Shown piece by piece: positions 13,956 to 24,994 of a DNA stretch of 64,000 bases (positions are counted from its first letter, which is position 1; every line of letters begins with the position of its first letter). Where the stretch lies: NCBI GenBank assembly GCA_002189035.1, contig CM007989.1:6448001-6512000 (forward strand). The letters run 5' to 3'. Made by a program: the position numbers and the translations under genes. Source of the DNA: Utricularia gibba. Taxonomy: Eukaryota; Plantae; Magnoliophyta. The notes under the pieces were generated by a model. It worked only from the letters and a program-made list of their open reading frames with translations. It was not told the DNA's origin and searched no databases.

Positions 13956-16160
13956 ATGCAGAAGCTTCTGCTGAGGAGTCCCGTGGGTCATGGTACTGCA
14001 ATTTATTCGGTTAACTCTTCCATCACACCACCACTCTTTCGCTCTGCGTGTTTGTCCTTTTCCTTACACGCCGTCGCTTCCCAAGTGAGAGGAGCCATGT
14101 CTACTTCCTCCGCTTCCATGCGCTACCCTCAGTCGGCACCGCACCCTAGAAACCCGTTTTCCGTTGCTGTTCGAAGTCTCAGCTTTGCGAAATCTCGTAT
14201 TTGCTCTAGTGAGAGCGGCTTCGAGGCTGTGCCGTTGAGGGTTCACTTAGTTGGTAGCGAGGCGAGAGGAGTCGGCAGCTTATATGGGCCTCGTAGGTTT
14301 TCTTTGATGGCTAATGGCAGTGAGAGTGAGTCTGAATTGTCAGATGCGGGTGAGTTGAATGAGGGCGGTAATGAAAGGGAGAATGCGAAGGCTAGAATAC
14401 TCAGGAAGAATAGGAATACTACTGGAGATTGTGGGGCGGTACTCAGGAGTCCGGATCTATTAACTATTCCTGGAGTTGGCCCAAGGAATTTGAGGAAACT
14501 GGTGGAAAAAGGCTTTGAGGGTGTTGATCAGCTGAAAAAACTCTACAAGGACAAGGTATCGAAACTTTGAAAAGCTCTTTTTGGCCGCATTTGGCCTTAT
14601 GTCCTGAACTGTGTAATCAAGAGCTTTTTTGTTTTACTTATGCTTGCCCTGTTGATTTACATTTGGCTTCAGTTATCATTTTCGTTTGTGGATATTCTCG
14701 TACTGAGTGTTTCATGCTTCCAATTGACAGTTCTTTGGGAAATCGAGTGAGAAAATGGTTGAGTTCTTGCAGAGTTCCGTCGGAATCATACACAAAAATC
14801 ATGCTGAAAGTATTGCTACCTTTATCAAGGACAGGGTCGATGAGGAGCTGAAGGATAGTGGTGTACCAGGTCAAAAGAAACGGATTACTCTGTGTGTTGA
14901 AGGAAATATCAGTGTTGGAAAGACTACATTCTTAAAAAAGATCGCTAATGAAACACTGGAACTCAGAGATCTTGTTGAGATTGTTCCCGAACCAATAGAC
15001 AAGTGGCAGGATGTTGGCCCTGATCATTTCAACATCCTAAATGCTTTTTATGCTGAGCCAGAGAGATATGCTTATACCTTCCAGAACTATGTCTTTGTTA
15101 CGAGAGTTATGCAGGAGAGGGAATCTTCAGGAGGAATCAAACCCCTCCGGCTTATGGAAAGGAGCGTCTTTAGTGATAGAATGGTGATTTAATTTCTGCT
15201 GCATTATTTACTGTTTTGAATAAAAGTTATGTATCTAAATTTCTCTCTATATAAGAGGGCATAAAGTGAATAACAAGAAGCAGCATGGCTTAGTGTTCCT
15301 GATATACCTGGTTTTATTTTTTAACCAGGTTTTTGTTAGAGCTGTTCATGAGGCAAAATGGATGAACGAGATGGAGATTAGTATTTATGACTCTTGGTTT
15401 GATCCTGTCGTTTCTAGTTTGCCTGGTCTTATCCCTGATGGATTCATCTATCTCAGAGCTACCCCTGATACATGCCACAAGCGAATGATGTTGAGAAAGA
15501 GATCTGAAGAAGGTGGGGTCTCTCTTGATTATCTGCGTGACTTGCATGAAAAACATGAAAGTTGGCTTTTCCCCTTCCAAAGCGGAAATCATGGGGTACT
15601 CTCTGTCAACAAACTACCCAATGATATTAGCTGGTCCTTGCATCCCAATATTAAGGACAGGGTGTTTTATCTGGATGGTGATCATATGCACTCAAGCATT
15701 CGAAAGGTGCTTTGCTCATTTACATTCCTTGATACCCATCCACCTACCTTTCCTACAATATCTTTTATGATGCAGGTGCCTGCCCTGGTCCTTGATTGTG
15801 AACCAGATGTTGACTTCAGTAGAGATGTAGACGCCAAGAAAGAGTACGTTTTCATTCAAACCATTTCTTTTCTTTGCATACATTGATTCATCTTCCTCAG
15901 TTACCAAATCTCACCATTTCTATTTCATTGACATGAAGATACGCTCGTCAAGTTGCGGAGTTCTTCGAGTTCGTCAAGAGTAAGAAGGAGGATTCTGATT
16001 TGAATTGTGCGGAGGGGAGGAGGGTGGCAATACCACTCAGAGCCGCGTCCTGCTCCCGCATCATGGAAATTTATGGCTGCCTGGTTCCAATTCCATACCA
16101 GATTCTGCTCTCAAGTCACTGGATTTCGGTCGAGCCATGTCTCTCATGCCACCCCAGTAG
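13956..16160 (+). CDS. dNK: Deoxynucleoside kinase (At1g72040-like) with organellar transit peptide; 5 exons
   Basis: Exons are 13956-14555, 14731-15183, 15329-15706, 15776-15843 and 15939-16160. Motifs: P-loop VEGNISVGKTT, EPIDKW, ERSVFSDR, YLRATPDTCHKRMMLRKRSEE. A +1 G is needed at 16014-16017 to reach the conserved tail VLLPHHGNLW...LKSLDF. Confidence 0.92.
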
Positions 16161-17068
16161 CTTATTCTGCTCTCTCCCCGTTAGGTGTAGCTACTCTTTG
16201 TGAATCGTAGTGCGCCTTGTTTCTTTGTTGCTCTAAAGGTTCAAAGGCGAGTAGTGTAGTCCCCTTCGTCATGGAAGCTGTAAACGAAGTTGTTCCACTT
16301 TTTTCTTCAATGTACAGCATTTCGTGCATCATAATTCGTAATCCAAGGATCCAACTTCTTTTTTGTCTTGTGTCCATTTAGGGTGTAGTTTATACAATTT
16401 AATCAATAACTTCTACTTAATTCATGAATATAAGTTATTGTATAAGTATATACAAAATAAGTAGAAATAATTTATTTGAAATTAAGAAATTATTTATTGA
16501 ATAATTCACATTTATCAATTTATATAATAAATATATGAAATAGTTAAAATTAAAATAAATTAAGAATAAAAAGTAAAAATATAAGTTAAATTTTAGAACA
16601 ATTAGAAGTATTCTGTAAAACATTAATTTTTACTTTTACTTTAAATTATAAGTTGTAAACTGAATTTTTTACTACGTTTTTTTATTATAAATTTTAATTT
16701 TAAGGTTGGTTTTTGGAAACTTAAAAGTTATTTATTTAATTTTTATAAATTAAATTATATTTTAATTTTAGTTATGAATATATAAATATATACTATGAAT
16801 AAAATATTTATTGGCTATTTCCAAACCTCAAATATTTATGGTTGATACAATGATGTTCCCTATCGTTTTTCTTAGTTATAAATTATTTAAAAGTAAAAAA
16901 AATAAAATGATCCAGTCCAGACTCCAGATGTCCAATTTGGCCTACATTCAAACGGTCATTAATTTGAACGGTGTGCTTCCGTCAACAACGAAGCGGATAT
17001 CCCGACGATAAAATTCCTCAATTTGTGCACCATTTTCAATTGGATACTGCTGATTTCAATCTTCCAAA

Positions 17069-17696
17069 ATGACGATGATGAATACTCTGAAATCCAAGAT
17101 GATGATTGTTTCCTCAGAAACTGTATCGAAATCAGGTCAGCTCTTTCTTGCTGTCCTTTTTTCTTTGTTTGAAGCATTTTTTTGATTTCCTCGTTTGATT
17201 TATCGATGTTGATTTCGCTGATATGCGTATTCGTGCGAATATATTTGATCATTTGTTGTTATGGCTATAGATCCTGATTTTAGGCTTCTGGCCTTTCCAC
17301 CACTGTTTGATTTAACAAAATTCGAATTTAGGTGTCAGTTTGCTTCGATCGTATTTATGTTTTCTGCAGTGTAGGAAACATTTTTTGATAGTCTCCATTG
17401 TGATTCGTGCAATTCAAATTTATGATATTCTTATCTGCGGCAATTCAAGGGTGTATGAATTTCCATTTCTTGGAATAGTTGTTAGGGGGATACATTCAAC
17501 TGGCTTGAAGACAATGGGAGGTGGACATGGACATGCCGAGCCTTACTACCTTCATGCCAAACACATGTACAATCTTGACCGAATGAAACATCAGGCACTG
17601 AAGATGACCCTAGGTGTTGCTGGTGCCTTCAGCATCGGTGTCGCAATCCCCCTTTTCGCTGTCTTCCATCAACAGAAGAAAACCGGTTCAGCTTAA
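17069..17696 (+). CDS. Small (94 aa) mitochondrial single-TM protein, At1g72020-like (reported as plant complex IV-associated COX-X3)
   Basis: Exon 17069-17135 (MTMMNTLKSKMM...SKS) splices GT-AG to 17479-17696 (VRGIHSTGLKTMGGGHGHAEPYYLHAKHMYNLDRMK... plus a hydrophobic helix). The family is recognised from memory. Confidence 0.75.
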
Positions 17697-18099
17697 TTCT
17701 TCCCCATTTCTCGGGTAGCATGGATTTCTTCAACTGTTTCAGTATGGTGGATTCAGTGTCTTCTTCCCAATAAACCCCGTGGTTTGGATGAATCCCAATT
17801 CTCCATCGCAAGTTCTTATCTAATAAGTCCATGCATGATTGTTATCCTCTTGGTGGTATGGTACTAAGTTTTTGTAGTGTCTGTGCATAACTCTTTCCTG
17901 CTCCTCTGCATTGGTGACTTGTAGCCAGGGCATATGGTGTGATTGAGTTACTGCATTACTACATTAGATGACATCTTCTGGAATAAATTGTGTGGTTATA
18001 GAACTTACGTTGCTACTGCCTCCCAAAGGCCTTGAGATGCAGAGAAACAATGTTCATTGTTTATTTTGCAATCTTCCGGAATACATAGGGGTTTGAATG

Positions 18100-18380
18100 T
18101 TAACAATAGTCCCATCATAGCCTTTGCTTACTGTGATGCAGATTCGGGACAATGTCCACTCACCTGGAAATCACTTACTGAGTTTTGCATTGTTTTAGGT
18201 GATTGGGGTGTATCATGGAACCTGAAGAAGCAAGGGACAGTTCCGCAGAAGCTAAACATCGAAGTTAAGCAACTACAACTACTAAATTATCGTGGCTTTG
18301 ATACTTACGGAAAGATTTGCACCAATCATTACCTATGCCTATCTCGTTATGGTGTCATAACACGGAATCCCATTACAAAG
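18100..18380 (+). mobile_element. Ty1/Copia RT-RNase H junction remnant
   Basis: AYCDADSGQCPLTWKSLTEFCIVLGDWGVSWNLKKQGTV matches the Copia consensus AYxDADW...RRS.TG.C..LG...ISW..KKQ.TV. It is frameshifted afterwards. Confidence 0.8.
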
Positions 18381-18577
18381 ATCTCATTACTTAGGGCCTA
18401 TTTCACAACAAAAAAGAACATGGGCGGATCCAGATCATGGGCTTTTAGAATTGGGCCGATATTTTTGAAAATAAAAAAAAAAAGGAAAAAGAAAAACTGG
18501 CAGAAACTGAACACAGCAAAACGTTTTTGGTGGGTGCATTGAGAAATCCTCGTCTAGTGGCTACTCTCACCGTCAAG

Positions 18578-20431
18578 ATGTGGAGTTCGTTTTCAGTTCT
18601 CTTCCTGGTTTTCGTATTTTCTTGTCTATTGATAGTCCCGCAGATTACGGTTTCCGGTGATCAGTTTGAGTGGGATGGGAAGGTGTTGGAGCTCGATCAA
18701 TCCAATTTCGATGCTGTGATTTCTAAGTTTGACTATATTTTTGTGGACTTCTATGCTCCCTGGTGCGGGCACTGCAAGCGTCTTGCGCCCGAGGTTTGCC
18801 TGTGACTCTTTATTTTAATTATAGGTTTGTAAGGATTTTAAACCCTAGCTAGCTACAGTGTCATCGGAGTCATGATTCTACTGCCTGGTTTCTTTCAGAG
18901 TCATGAATGAATTCTGAAGTTAGTTCCATTACTTTTCATGATACATTATGTTTCTCGAGAAAGCTGATGGCACTGAATATGGAATTGTAGTTGGATAAAG
19001 CAGCTACAATGCTGGCTGCATTGAAGCCGCCGATAGTTGTTGCAAAAATAGATGCTGACAAGTATAAAAGTGTTGCTGCCAAGCATGAGATTGAGTATGT
19101 TCCCTTGCCTTCCGGCTTAATAGCTTCCTGAGATTACTGGGCACTGCTTTCTTTTTTGTGTTTTCCGGATGAAACCTGGAAAGAATATTACTGTTCTTAC
19201 ACCAAGCACATGATTTCTCCCTTTGATGTAGCGGCTATCCTACATTAAAGATATTTACGCACGGAGTTGCTTCAGAGTATTTTGGACCGCGGAAAGCTGA
19301 TGTACTTACACAGTACCTGAAAAAATTTGTTGCTCCTGATGTTGCCATTTTGGATTCTGACTTTGCTATCAAGGAGTTTGTTAAAGCAGCTGGCTCAAAT
19401 TTTCCTATATTCATAGGATTTGGCTTAAATGAGTCCATTATATCAGATTTGGGCGTCAAATATAAGAAGAAAGCTTGGTTTTCTGTTGCAAAGGGTTTCT
19501 CCGATGATATCATGTCTTCATATGATTTTGATAAGGTGCCTGCACTGGCTGCAATTCATCCTGCATATAATGAGCAAAGCATATTTTATGGCCCATTTGA
19601 AGGTCTGCATGTGTGTTTATTAATATTTGATGCTCTTTGAACTCACAGCATTTCTTTCTGATACTCGTAGTTTCATATCTTTTCATATCCTTCCTCTCAT
19701 TGGTGACTTTGCATGCTCTTGACTGCAGACAAATTTATTCATGATTACATAAAACAGAGTTTGCTCCCCCTGGTGTTGCCCATAACTCAAGATTCATTGA
19801 GATCACTAAAAGATGAAGATAGGAAAATCGTTGTAGCAATCTTTGAGGATGAAAAGGATGAGAAAAACTTGGGACTTTTAAAAGTTTTAAAAGCTGCTGC
19901 ATCTGCTAACCGGGACTTAATTTTTGGTTATGTTGGCCGCAGACAGTGGGCAGATTTCGTTGAATCATTTGAAGTCTCTAAGATAAGCCAGCTGCCGAAG
20001 ATGCTTGTATGGGATCGTGGTGAGGAGTATACCACTGTAAGTGCTGCATAAATAAACAACTTTTTCCCTTTAACCTCAGCTGTTAAAGGATAAAAGCTGT
20101 TGAACAGGTTATTGGCTCTGAAAGTGTGGATATGGATGAAAAGGAGATTGGTGCCCAAGTCTCAAGATTTCTTAACCATTACAGAGAAGGAAATGTTATA
20201 CATAAGAGAATCTCCGGGCCATCATTGATGGGATTCCTGAAGTCAAAATTCGGAGTACAGGTTGTCCTGATTCTGATTCTCGTCGTGCTGGTAGTCGCAC
20301 TGATCGTGTTGATGGCTAAAGATGAACCAGTTACTGCCGAAGAACAACACTTGACTGCAGATACTGGAAGCAGCGCAGCCTCGCACCATGAATCCAGAGT
20401 GTCCCGTCGTGCCATAGAAAAGGAAGACTAA
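18578..20431 (+). CDS. PDIL5-2: Protein disulfide isomerase-like 5-2 (single WCGHC domain, C-terminal TM); 5 exons
   Basis: Signal peptide MWSSFSVLFLVF, VDFYAPWCGHCKRLAPE, GYPTLK, GPRKAD and two b-type domains. The C-terminal TM is VQVVLILILVVLVVALIVLM. No KDEL is present. Confidence 0.9.
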
Positions 20432-20712
20432 AATGATCCTGCAATCTTCTTCTAGTTTTGATAAATGCTTTCATCATGATCAATCTCAGCAATGGATGTT
20501 ATAGTCCTCCCCTTATTGGATTCCTGTAGATTTTGACTTTTGAGTCTTTTTGATAATCTGCTTCTGCTAACAAGTTATCTAAGCCGACTTGGTTTAGTAC
20601 AGATCACCAAGAGAACTTGAAATCATTCCATCCAAACTTTACATTCATTCAGCCTATACACAACTGCGTATCTGTATGATTTGAACTCTTTGTTACCCTC
20701 ACACAGCAAGTA

Positions 20713-22509
20713 CTATTGAATACTTGAATCTCCCGGGATTGAAGCATCTCTCTGACCAAAACAGGTGAAACTAACTAGAGTCTCTAACAGTTGAAGCAAC
20801 AGGAGGGACTCAGTGTACTGAAGTAGACTAGAAGCATGGTTTGGAGACCCCATGCGGCTTGATGAGGCACTGTGTGGAGTTCGAATGGTAACAGAAGAAG
20901 GTAATGGTAAGAAACCATTATCAAATATTGCACTGCCACTCCGAGTCAAATAGGAAGAAGAATGCGTAGGAAGTGAACGGATGTAGTATGAGGAAGAGAC
21001 CGATGGATTACTCAAGACTGATGGGGAATGGGAAGATGATGAGGAGGCCCTGATATGCATCCCACCTGGTGCTGATAATGGCAATCTTATGGAGGAAGAA
21101 GAAGCAGGCCTAGATACAAGCAATGGTGTCGACTCTGATGCCGGTTTTTCATTCCCAGCATTCCGTAGATCATGCTTGCATATGGGGCAGAATGTTCTCC
21201 ATGAGGTTAACCAGGTATCCACGCAGATGGCATGAAACTCTGGAATGGGAACAAGAGATCACTCAGCAGCAACTTTAACCAAACGGAAACTTCAAAGACA
21301 GAGATGGCTTTTTGCACTTACTGTGGTCGCAAGGGAGAACTCTGACCCTCTCTCCAACGGTGTAATCTTCAAGACATATGGCACAAGTTGAGGAAGTGGA
21401 ATTGTCTTCAGAAACTGATGTAAAGATCAGACAGGGCATCGCCTTCACCAACTGACTGCTCAATCCATGAAATTCCCTCACATTTGGAGCTTGAAGAAGG
21501 CGCCCCCTCCTAATGTGATGCCGTCGCACGAAGAAGCAGGTAGCTAACACAGCTGACATTGCAATGACTGAAAAGAATGAGATAGTTAAGATAGACCAGT
21601 CTGGGGTTCCAGCGCTGGGAATGATCCACAAATCAACGTCAACAGCAGTGGCAGCAGCATACTGCAGAAGGGTGTCACCAGCTTTTTTCGAGACGAACAC
21701 TGCGTGTATACCCACAGACTTTCCAGCCACTGCAACATTCATATTTCAAAAGTTACTTCTACATCAGCACACAGGGGAGATACAGTATAGGTAGACACAA
21801 CAGAGCAAGTAAGTAAATCTTCCAAACATATTTGATCCTGCTTAATCATTGTGCACTCTGTAGCTAGCACAGGCGATGCCCTAATGTGTGGGAAATGCAT
21901 CATAAAGGCAGAAGAAGAACACAGTACTTGATATCAGTTCACCCTCCTCATTGTTAAAGACGATGGCAGCTTCAAATCCTGCTGTTTCTGCAGCTCGAAC
22001 TTTGTCATCGAAGCTGCAGTTGCCTCTTGCAATCAACACAAATGGAGACTTGTATGGAGATTTGGTACTATTGGACTGAATAACAATTTCATTCTTGAGA
22101 GGCAGGCATGCATCCAGAGGCTCTGCAACATGCAAAATACCAGACTCCCCGGCCCCCTTGACTGATGGAGCTGAATTGACAAGTCACTTATATCAGAGAG
22201 GATCACAAAACCAAAGCGTAACAAGATCATGGATCTGGCAACCAAAAGACATCATCATAGTACGGTAAGATGAGCAAAAGGATGATCTCCAGTAGAATAA
22301 AAATCCCAAGGGGGTCAAATCATCAGGTTTAAGAGCAAATCTACCGCAGTTCAGCAAAGAGAAAGGTATTCAGACTCACCGAAACTTGCATCAATATCTG
22401 GGAACAGAAAAGTGAAGTTATTTCCAGATAGGACCACTTCTCCCCTGGCCAAGAACCCAACCATTAGAGAGAAGAAAGAACAGAGGAAAGCCCATGATGA
22501 ATTCAGCAT
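20713..22509 (-). CDS. RMR: RMR vacuolar sorting receptor (PA domain, TM, RING-H2, Ser-rich tail); 4 exons
   Basis: Signal [21 protein letters not shown]...[22 protein letters not shown] (PA domain), a TM, and CAICLEDY...[16 protein letters not shown]...CPICK (RING-H2). A further in-frame ATG at 22614 makes the start uncertain. Confidence 0.9.
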
Positions 22510-23496
22510 CCCGCACCAACCCAGAAACTGGTTTTCTCTGGAATCAAGGAGACAAGAGAGCCGGAACCCCTTTTGGAAGTGGGAATCTTCAAGTCCCCAA
22601 CATAATTGAAACATCAACTTCCATTGCGCAGCAAGAAAGAGAGAAAAGAGTGGATGAATGAGAGAGTGGGCTATTTTTTTAATATATTTTTGTCCAAGGC
22701 GGTAGACATTTCCTTGTTCTGGACGGCTCGACGGCTGCAGAATTGGAGTCAACAATATACGGGAAAATGGATTGTGCTACACTGTTTTCGGGTCCCTGGG
22801 CAACCCGGAAAAACGGTGACCCAGCGGAGTCATCTGAAAACGGGCCACGGGTTGCCACCGTCCGGATCTGATTATTTAATTAATATGATTCGGGATGGAG
22901 TAGAACTGGACGCGGGTGACTCATGGGTTACTGTTGAATCAGAAAAATATTATGTGATTCAATGGATAAGGATAGATGGGTCAAGCAATTCGACTCGCCG
23001 GGGTAACCGTTGACTTGGATCATTATATATATATATAAACATTGCAAAGGTTGATTGGTTGATTTGCAATGTGTGGATATTTATAAGGAAAGTTGAGCAT
23101 CGTAGGATTTTTTTCATAATTAAAATCACGTAATTTATCTATTCAATCATAATGCATGGTAAAATTTTGAATGCTATAATATTTAATCTATGAATTTCAG
23201 ATGCATTATTTTATATATTCAAACTATATGGTGTATGATGATTGAGCGCTATAGTTATGTTATCCTATTTACTATTACCCAATCCATTCATACATTTTAG
23301 TTGTATCAAAGGAGAACTCAATTGAGGCAAAATTAACCTTCCATTGAAGGGTTCGGTACCCTAATTGCAACATCAGTGTTGTAACTTTAATATATGAGCC
23401 AACTTGATAGAACTAGGAGTCGCAAATGTTGAACCGCAGTGCATGAACATCAATAAACCAATCAACTTATCCTAAGCAAGGCAAACATGAATTTAT

Positions 23497-24994
23497 TGTT
23501 AGTGTATGTGTTCTAGAGACAATCAACTCATTGGCAAATCTTATCTTATGATATTTATTTTGAATTGTGATCAAATTTATATCATTGATAAAATCCTCTA
23601 CTTGATCTATGTACTATAGAAATTATGATGAGATCATAATGTGAGATTCTTCAAGTACTCATGATCAAGTTAAAAACTCCCTAGCTAGAGTATTTGTGAA
23701 ATGAGGATATCACAAATACGAATAAGCTGGCACACATTGAGTTCCCTAAATTGTTTAGGCAATGGTTCTCACAATTGATGTAATGAGATTACTAGAACCT
23801 ATGTGGGTGTCGATTAGAGAATCGATTCATTAGATGACTCATCTTCGAGATGCTATTATGGGAAGCTAACCAAGTGTCAATAGCAAGATCTCGAATATGA
23901 CAACCGTGCAATTAAGCTTAGACTTGAGGTCAACAAAGTAATCTTGATCTTAAGCTCACATTTTCGTTCATTACTAATGGGAGCCTAATCATGGCTTGCC
24001 TAGTATGGATGAGTAGGGATGTGACTCCTTAAGATTGGAGATAGTTGATTGATCAATAAAGGATTCATCACTTATGTTAGCGATGAGATCATATCTCAAG
24101 TAATTGCATCAAAGCCTAACAGTAAGTCCTCGGCCTAGGGTAATGACACTCGAATTGTTTGAGTAGGTCATTGAATGTTAGTGCTTGAATGCAATTATAA
24201 GTTCGATACATTAGAAAGATACATACTCATGTTCTAGTATCGAATGAGATATAAGTATGATGAAAGTTATTCACTACATGGTGGCTGGTCATGAAAAGGC
24301 TCAATCAGTTCACCTGATTATTCTTACATCTTGGGGATCATGATATGTTGCTAGACATCACTCATGATCGATAATGATGTATTTGATTAATTAAAAGTTA
24401 ATTAATAAATCTATTATTACGGCATTGATTGAAGAAGCCTATAGGGTCACACACAATAGTGGAGTCACTCAACGATATAAAATAGAATGACACAATTACA
24501 TGAGATGTAATTGGTAAAGTGGATAAATTAAATTGAGAGTTATTTTGAGATTAATATTGATTAAACTCAAAATAAAAGATTATATATAGATAAGATTTGG
24601 AAGATATACATATCTCCACAAGATAAGATCTTTACGGAGATATGATTTGATATGTTACCATATATCTATAAAAAAGATTTAGGTCTTGAGATCTGCTCCA
24701 ACGGTCTTCGTGCTCTCAGAGACTAATCCACAAGGGGACGTTTTTCTCTACTAGCACCTGAGGAATTCGACCAGCATTCAAGAGCCTTGAGAAGGTTATC
24801 GACGGAGTGCTCCACGTGTGGATACCATAGAGGTCATCTCCTATTGGCGGTTGGTAAACAACGGAGTCATCTGAAAGGTATTTCAGCATCCCTTAGTCTA
24901 ATGTATACCGTATTCCAATATCTGCATTGGGGTTTCTCAAAATTTTAAAATTCCGCTGATTTTGAGACATACGATGTCTACGAGAAACCCAACT
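23497..24994 (+). mobile_element. Solo LTR of an Angela/BARE-1-type Copia element (~1.5 kb)
   Basis: It begins TGTTAGTGTATGTGTTCTAGAGACAATC (cf. Angela TGTTGG...GCCCTAGAGGCAAT) and ends ...GAGAAACCCAAC(T). The flanks are TTTAT and TTTAG. No PBS or internal ORF follows. Confidence 0.7.
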
